Origin: Chrysomallon squamiferum | Lineage: Eukaryota; Animalia; Mollusca | DNA length: 64,000 nt | Assembly: GCA_012295275.1 (NCBI GenBank) | Contig: CM022669.1 | Span: 1,550,001-1,614,000 of the forward strand | Direction: 5' to 3' | Shown: positions 12,930 through 24,100 of the stretch, in pieces | How positions within the stretch are numbered: the stretch's first letter is position 1 | How the letters are laid out: every line of letters starts with the position of its first letter | Position numbers and translations under genes: made by a program | The notes under the pieces: generated by a model | Seen by the model: only the letters and a program-made list of their open reading frames with translations | Database searches by the model: none | What the model was told of the DNA's origin: nothing

Positions 12930-14939
12930 TTTATTGTAATGTTTCCTAAAAGAAATACTGACATTTGTTTGGTTTCTTTTCATAGGATGAGAAGAGGAAA
13001 ATATAGATCAGAACCAACAGATGAAGTCAGGAATGGGTTTCTCATTTTCCTCGGATTTCTGGCATTTCGGTTTCAGTGTATGCATTTTAACGTAGCAATA
13101 CTAATGTCTACACAGGTGTAAGTATGCTGCAGGATAAAGACATTTTGAGAGAAAGAAATTTAAAAACCTGGAAAATAAACATATTTCCTTTACAAAAAGT
13201 AATTAAAATAAAATGAAAGAAATTAATGTTAAAAAAGTCATAATTTTTTGAATAATAATCAAAATAGCAAAGGTGATAATACTGATGATGACAATAATGA
13301 AGTTAACCAGAAAAATAACAACGGATGACATCAACATCAAAATCATCATCATCAGAACAAATAATAAGAATTATTATGATGGTGACATTAGTAATGATGG
13401 CATTAAATTTGAATTTGTTATAATTTTGTTAAAAGAAATATAGACATTTCTACGGCTTATTTTCTCAGGATGAAAAGAGCAAACAGAGCAGTAAAAATGA
13501 TGACATCAACATCATCATCACCATCATTATCAAAGAGAATAATGAGAATTATTACGATAATGATAGTAATGAGGGTAACACTAGTAATGATGGAATTAAT
13601 TTTGTATTTGTTTTAATGTTTGTTAAAGGAAATAATGACATTTCTACGATTTCTTTTCTCAGGATGAGAAGAGCAAACCAAAGAGAAAAATCTACAAATG
13701 CACCTTGTGCTTAATAATGGTGTAGTCGAAGGACATCACCGAAATGGTAAACAGAAATGTCTGTACATTTTGTAAAGAACAAATTAATAAAAATTGGAAA
13801 AAGAAATAGTTGCTTGAAAAAAGTAATTCAAATAAAATGAAAGAAATGAATAGTAATAATATTAGTAAAAATAATATTGATAGTGATAATATTGATAATG
13901 ATAGTATCAAATTTAATTGAAAACATCATCACCATCATGAAGCAGAATTTAAGCACAATATGATTAAAACAATAGGAGTAATACTAGTAGTCATGGAATT
14001 ATTTTTGTATTTGTTTTAATGTTTGTTAAATGAAATAATGACATTTCTACGGTTTGTTTTCTCAGGATGAGAAGAAGAATCCGAAGAGGAAACTGAAGAC
14101 GAAACGGAAGAGGAGAATCCACACATGCACCATCTGCTTAAGAATGGTGTAGTCGAAGGACATCACCGAAATGGTAAACAGAAATGCCTGTACATTTTGT
14201 AAAGAACATGTTAGTAAAAAGTGAAAAATAAAAATATTTGCTTTAGAAAAAGTTATTAAAATAAAATGAAATAAATTAATATTAATAAGAGTACATTTTT
14301 TTACAATAATAATGAAAATAGTAATAGTGATAATACTGATGATGAGAATCATACAGCTATTAACAAGAGAAGTAACAATGATGACATCAATGTGATCATC
14401 GTCACTATCAAAGAGAATAATGAGAATTATTATGATAATGATAGTAATAAGAGTAACACTAGTAAAGATGGAATTGATTTTGTATTTGTTTTTTATGTTA
14501 GTTAAAGGAAATAATGACATTTCTACGGTTTGTTTTCTCAGGATGAGAAGACGAAACCGAAGAGGAGAATCTACACATGCACCTTCTGCTTAAGCATAGT
14601 GTAGTCGAAGGACATCACCGAAATGGAAAACAGAAATGCCTTCTGGATGAGAAGAGGAAACAGAAGAGCAGAATCTACATATGCACCTTCTAGTTAAGAA
14701 TGGTGTAGTCGAAGGACATCACCGAAATGGTAGAAAAAAAAAATATTAAAATAAAATGAAATATATTAATTTTAATGGTGGTAAAATGTTTAGAATAAAA
14801 ATGAAATAGTAATAGTGAGAATACACTGATGATGACAATCATACAGTTAACAGAGCAATTACAACGATGACATCAACGTCATCATCATCATTATCAAAAG
14901 AGAATATTAAGAATTATCATGATGATGATAGTAATGAAG
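12930..14939 (+). repeat. Tandem segmental repeat of intron + acceptor + exon-like cassette (5-6 copies), truncated by the gap
   Basis: GACATTTCTACGGTTTGTTTTCTCAG|GATGAGAAG-type junctions with AG ending at 12985, 13468, 13662, 14065 and 14541, plus a sixth body at ~14646. Four copies share GTGTAGTCGAAGGACATCACCGAAATGG. Confidence 0.85.
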
Positions 14940-15139
14940 NNNNNNNNNNNNNNNNNNNNNNNNNNNNNNNNNNNNNNNNNNNNNNNNNNNNNNNNNNNNN
15001 NNNNNNNNNNNNNNNNNNNNNNNNNNNNNNNNNNNNNNNNNNNNNNNNNNNNNNNNNNNNNNNNNNNNNNNNNNNNNNNNNNNNNNNNNNNNNNNNNNNN
15101 NNNNNNNNNNNNNNNNNNNNNNNNNNNNNNNNNNNNNNN
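14940..15139. other. Assembly gap (200 N)
   Basis: Run of N. Confidence 1.
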
Positions 15140-18100
15140 TCGTACGCACACATAAAACACTGCATTGAATGCGTTCAGTTCTCAAGCACGTGTTTAAACG
15201 GGATAAAGGGTTAATCATTCCATCTGATTTCGATGAGGTAGTGCGTGTTTCTGTTTGTTGAGAAGAGACGAACGCACCTCGCAACCGCTCGCACACCGAA
15301 ACGTTCAATCGTACGCACACATAAGAGACTGCATTGAAGGCGTTCAGATCTCAAGCAGTTGTTTAAACGGTGTAAAGGGTTAATCATTGCATCTGATTTC
15401 GATGAGGTAGTGCGTGTTTCTGTTTGTTGAGAAGAGACGAACAAGCAACCGCTGCATTGAATTGCGTTTCAGATCTCGAAAAGCACTGCATTGAATGCGT
15501 TTGTTGTTTAAACGGTGTAAAGGGTTAATCATTGCATCTGATTTCGATGAGGTAGTGCGTGTTTCTGTTTGTTGAGAAGAGACGAACAACCGTCGCAACC
15601 GCTCGCACACCGAAACTTTCAATCGTACGCACACATAACAGACTGCATTGAAGGCGTTCAGATCTCAAGCAGTTGTTTAAACGGTGTAAAGGGTTAATCA
15701 TTGCATCTGATTTTGATGAGGTAGTGCGTGTTTCTGTTTGTTGAGAAGAGACGAACAACCGTCGCAACCGCTCGCACACCGAAACTTTCAATCGTACGCA
15801 CACATAAAACACTGCATTGAATGCGTTCAGTTCTCAAGCACGTGTTTAAACGGGGTAAAGGGTTAATCATTACATCTGATTTCGATGAGGTAGTGCGTGT
15901 TTCTGTTTGTTGAGAAGAGACGAACGCACCTCGCAACCGCTCGCAACCGCTCGCACACCGAAACGTTCAATCGTACGCACACATAACAGACTGCATTGAA
16001 GGCGTTCAGATCTCAAGCAGTTGTTTAAACGGTGTAAAGGGTTAATCATTGCATCTGATTTTGATGAGGTAGTGCGTGTTTCTGTTTGTTGAGAAGAGAC
16101 GAACAACCGTGGCAACCGCTCGCACACCGAAACTTTCAATCGTACGCACACATAACACACTGCATTGAATGCGTTCAGTTCTCAAGCACGTGTTTAAACG
16201 GGATAAAGGGTTAATCATTCCATCTGATTTCGATGAGGTAGTGCGTGTTTCTGTTTGTTGAGAAGAGACGAACGCACCTCGCAACCGCTCGCACACCGAA
16301 ACGTTCAATCGTACGCACACATAAGAGACTGCATTGAAGGCGTTCAGATCTCAAGCAGTTGTTTAAACGGTGTAAAGGGTTAATCATTGCATCTGATTTT
16401 GATGAGGTAGTGCGTGTTTCTGTTTGTTGAGAAGAGACGAACAACCGTCGCAACCGCTCGCACACCGAAACTTTCAATCGTACGCACACATAACAGACTG
16501 CATTGAAGGCGTTCAGATCTCAAGCAGTTGTTTAAACGGTGTAAAGGGTTAATCATTACATCTGATTTCGATGAGGTAGTGCGTGTTTCTGTTTGTTGAG
16601 AAGAGACGAACAACCGTCGCAACCGCTCGCACACCGAAACGTTCAATCGTACGCACACATAAGAGACTGCATTGAAGGCGTTCAGATCTCAAGCAGTTGT
16701 TTAAACGGTGTAAAGGGTTAATCATTGCATCTGATTTCGATGAGGTAGTGCGTGTTTCTGTTTGTTGAGAAGAGACGAACAACCGTCGCAACCGCTCGCA
16801 CACCGAAACTTTCAATCGTACGCACACATAACACACTGCATTGAATGCGTTCAGTTCTCAAGCACGTGTTTAAACGGGGTAAAGGGTTAATCATTCCATC
16901 TGATTTCGATGAGGTAGTGCGTGTTTCTGTTTGTTGAGAAGAGACGAACAACCGTCGCAACCGCTCGCACACCGAAACGTTCAATCGTACGCACACATAA
17001 GAGACTGCATTGAAGGCGTTCAGATCTCAAGCAGTTGTTTAAACGGTGTAAAGGGTTAATCATTGCATCTGATTTCGATGAGGTAGTGCGTGTTTCTGTT
17101 TGTTGAGAAGAGACGAACAACCCTCGTCGCAACCGCTCGCACACCGAAACTTTCAATCGTACGCACACATAAGAGACTGCATTGAAGGCGTTCAGATCTC
17201 AAGCAGTTGTTTAAACGGTGTAAAGGGTTAATCATTACATCTGATTTCGATGAGGTAGTGCGTGTTTCTGTTTGTTGAGAAGAGACGAACAACCGTCGCA
17301 ACCGCTCGCACACCGAAACGTTCAATCGTACACACATAAACAGACTGCATTGAAGGCGTTCAGATCTCAAGCAGTTGTTTAAACGGTGTAAAGGGTTAAT
17401 CATTCCATCTGATTTCGATGAGGTAGTGCGTGTTTCTGTTTGTTGAGAAGAGACGAACAACCGTCGCAACCGCTCGCACACCGAAACGTTCAATCGTACG
17501 CACACATAAGAGACTGCATTGAAGGCGTTCAGATCTCAAGCAGTTGTTTAAACGGTGTAAAGGGTTAATCATTGCATCTGATTTCGATGAGGTGAGGTGT
17601 GATGAGGTAGTGCGTGTTTCTGTTTGTTGAGAAGAGACGAACAACCGTCGCAACCGCTCGCACACCGAAACGTTCAATCGTACGCACACATAAGAGACTG
17701 CATTGAAGGCGTTCAGATCTCAAGCAGTTGTTTAAACGGGTAAAGGGTTAATCATTGCATCTGATTTCGATGAGGTAGTGCGTGTTTCTGTTTGTTGAGA
17801 AGAGACGAACAACCGTCGCAACCGCTCGCACACCGAAACGTTCAATCGTACGCACACATAAGAGACTGCATTGAAGGCGTTCAGATCTCAAGCAGTTGTT
17901 TAAACGGTGTAAAGGGTTAATCATTGCATCTGATTTTGATGAGGTAGTGCGTGTTTCTGTTTGTTGAGAAGAGACGAACAACCGTCGCAACCGCTCGCAC
18001 ACCGAAACTTTCAATCGTACGCACACATAACAGACTGCATTGAATGCGTTCAGTTCTCAAGCAGGTGTTTAAACGGGGTAAAGGGTTAATCATTCCATCT

Positions 18101-21100
18101 GATTTCGATGAGGTAGTGCGTGTTTCTGTTTGTTGAGAAGAGACGAACAACCGTCGCAACCGCTCGCACACCGAAACGTTCAATCGTACGCACACATAAG
18201 AGACTGCATTGAAGGCGTTCAGATCTCAAGCAGTTGTTTAAACGGTGTAAAGGGTTAATCATTGCATCTGATTTTGATGAGGTAGTGCGTGTTTCTGTTT
18301 GTTGAGAAGAGACGAACAACCGTCGCAACCGCTCGCACACCGAAACTTTCAATCGTACGCACACATAACAGACTGCATTGAAGGCGTTCAGATCTCAAGC
18401 AGTTGTTTAAACGGTGTAAAGGGTTAATCATTACATCTGATTTCGATGAGGTAGTGCGTGTTTCTGTTTGTTGAGAAGAGACGAACAACCGTCGCAACCG
18501 CTCGCACACCGAAACGTTCAATCGTACGCACACATAAAACACTGCATTGAATGCGTTCAGTTCTCAAGCACGTGTTTAAACGGGGTAAAGGGTTAATCAT
18601 TACATCTGATTTCGATGAGGTAGTGCGTGTTTCTGTTTGTTGAGAAGAGACGAACGCACCTCGCAACCGCTCGCACACCGAAACTTTCAATCGTACGCAC
18701 ACATAACAGACTGCATTGAAGGCGTTCAGATCTCAAGCAGTTGTTTAAACGGTGTAAAGGGTTAATCATTGCATCTGATTTTGATGAGGTAGTGCGTGTT
18801 TCTGTTTGTTGAGAAGAGACGAACAACCGTCGCAACCGCTCGCACACCGAAACTTTCAATCGTACGCACACATAAAACACTGCATTGAATGCGTTCAGTT
18901 CTCAAGCACGTGTTTAAACGGGGTAAAGGGTTAATCATTACATCTGATTTCGATGAGGTAGTGCGTGTTTCTGTTTGTTGAGAAGAGACGAACGCACCTC
19001 GCAACCGCTCGCACACCGAAACGTTCAATCGTACGCACACATAAGAGACTGCATTGAAGGCGTTCAGATCTCAAGCAGTTGTTTAAACGGTGTAAAGGGT
19101 TAATCATTGCATCTGATTTTGATGAGGTAGGTAGTGCGTGTTTCTGTTTGTTGAGAAGAGACGAACAACCGTCGCAACCGCTCGCACACCGAAACTTTCA
19201 ATCGTACGCACACATAACAGACTGCATTGAAGGCGTTCAGATCTCAAGCAGTTGTTTAAACGGGTAAAGGGTTAATCATTACATCTGATTTCGATGAGGT
19301 AGTGCGTGTTTCTGTTTGTTGAGAAGAGACGAACAACCGTCGCAACCGCTCGCACACCGAAACGTTCAATCGTACGCACACATAAGAGACTGCATTGAAG
19401 GCGTTCAGATCTCAAGCAGTTGTTTAAACGGTGTAAAGGGTTAATCATTGCATCTGATTTCGATGAGGTAGTGCGTGTTTCTGTTTGTTGAGAAGAGACG
19501 AACAACCGTCGCAACCGCTCGCACACCGAAACGTTCAATCGTACGCACACATAAGAGACTGCATTGAAGGCGTTCAGATCTCAAGCAGTTGTTTAAACGG
19601 TGTAAAGGGTTAATCATTGCATCTGATTTCGATGAGGTAGTGCGTGTTTCTGTTTGTTGAGAAGAGACGAACAACCGTCGCAACCGCTCGCACACCGAAA
19701 CGTTCAATCGTACGCACACATAAGAGACTGCATTGAAGGCGTTCAGATCTCAAGCAGTTGTTTAAACGGTGTAAAGGGTTAATCATTGCATCTGATTTTG
19801 ATGAGGTAGTGCGTGTTTCTGTTTGTTGAGAAGAGACGAACAACCGTGGCAACCGCTCGCACACCGAAACTTTCAATCGTACGCACACATAACACACTGC
19901 ATTGAATGCGTTCAGTTCTCAAGCACGTGTTTAAACGGGATAAAGGGTTAATCATTCCATCTGATTTCGATGAGGTAGTGCGTGTTTCTGTTTGTTGAGA
20001 AGAGACGAACACCCGTCGCAACCGCTCGCACACCGAAACGTTCAATCGTACGCACACATAAGAGACTGCATTGAAGGCGTTCAGATCTCAAGCAGTTGTC
20101 TAAACGGTGTAAAGGGTTAATCATTGCATCTGATTTCGATGAGGTAGTAAGTGTTTCTGTCTGTTGAGAAGAGACGAACCAACCTCGCAACCGCACGCGC
20201 TCCAAAACTTTCATTCGTATACACGCATAACAGACTGCATTGAAGGCGTTCAGATCTCAAGCAGTTGTTTAAACGGTGTAAAGGGTTAATCATTACATCT
20301 GATTTCGATGAGGTAGTGCGTGTTTCTGTTTGTTGAGAAGAGACGAACAACCGTCGCAACCGCTCGCACACCGAAACTTTCAATCGTACGCACACATAAA
20401 ACACTGCATTGAATGCGTTCAGTTCTCAAGCACGTGTTTAAACGGGGTAAAGGGTTAATCATTACATCTGATTTCGATGAGGTAGTGCGTGTTTCTGTTT
20501 GTTGAGAAGAGACGAACAACCGTCGCAACCGCTCGCACACCGAAACGTTCAATCGTACGCACACATAAGAGACTGCATTGAAGGCGTTCAGATCTCAAGC
20601 AGTTGTTTAAACGGTGTAAAGGGTTAATCATTGCATCTGATTTTGATGAGGTAGTGCGTGTTTCTGTTTGTTGAGAAGAGACGAACACCCGTCGCAACCG
20701 CTCGCACACCGAAACGTTCAATCGTACGCACACATAAGAGACTGCATTGAATGCGTTCAGATCTCAAGCAGTTGTTTAAACGGTGTAAAGGGTTAATCAT
20801 TCCATCTGATTTCGATGAGGTAGTGCGTGTTTCTGTTTGTTGAGAAGAGACGAACACCGTCGCAACCGCTCGCACACCGAAACGTTCAATCGTACGCACA
20901 CATAAGAGACTGCATTGAAGGCGTTCAGATCTCAAGCAGTTGTTTAAACGGTGTAAAGGGTTAATCATTGCATCTGATTTTGATGAGGTAGTGCGTGTTT
21001 CTGTTTGTTGAGAAGAGACGAACAACCGTGGCAACCGCTCGCACACCGAAACGTTCAATCGTACGCACACATAAGAGACTGCATTGAAGGCGTTCAGATC

Positions 21101-24100
21101 TCAAGCAGTTGTTTAAACGGTGTAAAGGGTTAATCATTACATCTGATTTCGATGAGGTAGTGCGTGTTTCTGTTTGTTGAGAAGAGACGAACAACCGTCG
21201 CAACCGCTCGCACACCGAAACTTTCAATCGTACGCACACATAAGAGACTGCATTGAAGGCGTTCAGATCTCAAGCAGTTGTTTAAACGGTGTAAAGGGTT
21301 AATCATTCCATCTGATTTCGATGAGGTAGTGCGTGTTTCTGTTTGTTGAGAAGAGACGAACACCCGTCGCAACCGCTCGCACACCGAAACGTTCAATCGT
21401 ACGCACACATAAGAGACTGCATTGAAGGCGTTCAGATCTCAAGCAGTTGTTTAAACGGTGTAAAGGGTTAATCATTGCATCTGATTTTGATGAGGTAGTG
21501 CGTGTTTCTGTTTGTTGAGAAGAGACGAACAACCGTGGCAACCGCTCGCACACCGAAACTTTCAATCGTACGCACACATAACACACTGCATTGAATGCGT
21601 TCAGTTCTCAAGCACGTGTTTAAACGGGATAAAGGGTTAATCATTACATCTGATTTCGATGAGGTAGTGCGTGTTTCTGTTTGTTGAGAAGAGACGAACG
21701 CACCTCGCAACCGCTCGCACACCGAAACGTTCAATCGTACGCATTGAACACAAACATTCCATCAGACTGCACATAAGAGACTGCATTGAAGGCGTTCAGA
21801 TCTCAAGCAGTTGTTTAAACGGTGTAAAGGGTTAATCATTGCATCTGATTTCGATGAGGTAGTGCGTGTTTCTGTTTGTTGAGAAGAGACGAACAACCGT
21901 CGCAACCGCTCGCACACCGAAACGTTCAATCGTACGCACACATAAGAGACTGCATTGAAGGCGTTCAGATCTCAAGCAGTTGTTTAAACGGTGTAAAGGG
22001 TTAATCATTGCATCTGATTTTGATGAGGTAGTGCGTGTTTCTGTTTGTTGAGAAGAGACGAACAACCGTCGCAACCGCTCGCACACCGAAACTTTCAATC
22101 GTACGCACACATAAAACACTGCATTGAATGCGTTCAGTTCTCAAGCACGTGTTTAAACGGGGTAAAGGGTTAATCATTACATCTGATTTCGATGAGGTAG
22201 TGCGTGTTTCTGTTTGTTGAGAAGAGACGAACGCACCTCGCAACCGCACGCACTCCAAAACTTTCATTCGTATGCACGCGTAACAGACTGCATTGAAGGC
22301 GTTCAGATCTCAAGCAGTTGTTTAAACGGTGTAAAGGGTTAATCATTGCATCTGATTTCGATGAGGTAGTGCGTTTTTCTGTTTGTTGAGAAGAGACGAA
22401 CAACCGTCGCAACCGCTCGCACACCGAAACTTTCAATCGTACGCACACATAAAACACTGCATTGAATGCGTTCAGTTCTCAAGCACGTGTTTAAACGGGG
22501 TAAAGGGTTAATCATTCCATCTGATTTCGATGAGGTAGTGCGTGTTTCTGTTTGTTGAGAAGAGACGAACACCCGTCGCAACCGCTCGCACACCGAAACG
22601 TTCAATCGTACGCACACATAAGAGACTGCATTGAAGGCGTTCAGATCTCAAGCAGTTGTTTAAACGGTGTAAAGGGTTAATCATTGCATCTGATTTTGAT
22701 GAGGTAGTGCGTGTTTCTGTTTGTTGAGAAGAGACGAACGAACAACCGTCGCAACCGCTCGCACACCGAAACGTTCAATCGTACGCACACATAAGAGACT
22801 GCATTGAATGCGTTCAGATCTCAAGCAGTTGTTTAAACGGGGTAAAGGGTTAATCATTCCATCTGATTTCGATGAGGTAGTGCGTGTTTCTGTTTGTTGA
22901 GAAGAGACGAACGCACCTCGCAACCGCTCGCACACCGAAACTTTCAATCGTACGCACACATAACAGACTGCATTGAAGGCGTTCAGATCTCAAGCAGTTG
23001 TTTAAACGGTGTAAAGGGTTAATCATTGCATCTGATTTTGATGAGGTAGTGCGTGTTTCTGTTTGTTGAGAAGAGACGAACAACCGTCGCAACCGCTCGC
23101 ACACCGAAACTTTCAATCGTACGCACACATAACACACTGCATTGAATGCGTTCAGTTCTCAAGCAGGTGTTTAAACGGTGTAAAGGGTTAATCATTACAT
23201 CTGATTTCGATGAGGTAGTGCGTGTTTCTGTTTGTTGAGAAGAGACGAACAACCGTCGCAACCGCTCGCACACCGAAACTTTCAATCGTATACACACATA
23301 ATAGACTGCATTGAATGCGTTCTGTTTTTAAGCAGCTCTTTAAACGCTGTAAAGGGTTAATCAATACATTTGATTTCCATGATGTTGTGCGTGATTCTGT
23401 TTATTGAGAACAAACACACCTCGCAGCCGCTCGCACTCCGAAACTTTCAATCGTATACAGACATAACAGACAGCATTGAATGCGTTCTGTTTTCAAGCAG
23501 GTGTTTAAACGCTGTAAAGGGTTAATCATTACACTTGATTTCGATGAGGTAGTGCGTGTTTCTGTTTATTGAAAAGAGAGGAACACACCTCGCAGCAGCT
23601 CGCACTCCGAAACTTTCAATCGTATACACACGTAACAGACAGTCTTGAATGCGTTCAGTTCTCAAACAGCTGTTTAATTGCTGTTAAGGGTTAATCATTA
23701 GATCTGATTTCCATGCTGTAGTGCGTGTTTTTGTTTAATGAGAAGAGACGAACACGGCTCGCACCCGCTCGCACGCCGAAACTTTCAATGGTATACAGAC
23801 ATAAGACACAGCATTGAATGCGTTCTGTTTTCAAGCAGGTCTTTAAACGCTGTTAAGGGTTAATCATTAGATCTGATTTTGATGAGCTGGTGGGTATGTG
23901 CGTTTATTGACAAGAGAGTACACATCTCGGAACCGGTCGCATTCCGAAACTTCCAATGGTATACACACGTAACAGACACAATTGAATGCGTTCACTTCTC
24001 AACCAGCTCTTCAAACGCTGTTAAGGGTTAATCATTACATCTGATTTCCATGATGTTGTGCGTGATTGTGTTTATTGAGAAGAGACGAACACACCTCGCA

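Noticed and set aside
14867-15320. ORFs containing long X runs
   Set aside because: Artefacts of the N gap.
15445-21780. Odd short insertions or scrambles in monomers (~15450-15500, ~15935, ~17590, ~21745-21770)
   Set aside because: They look like consensus/assembly errors or slippage in a collapsed repeat, and cannot be interpreted without reads.
15140-23290. CENP-B box in the monomer
   Set aside because: The best candidate (minus-strand TTTCGGTGTGCGAGCGG) does not fit TTCGNNNNANNCGGG.
14907-23297. Dozens of near-identical 77-149 aa minus-strand ORFs (MCVRLNVSVCERLRR…)
   Set aside because: By-product of translating a 169-bp satellite (not a multiple of 3). The ORFs overlap, mostly have non-ATG starts and show no domain signature.
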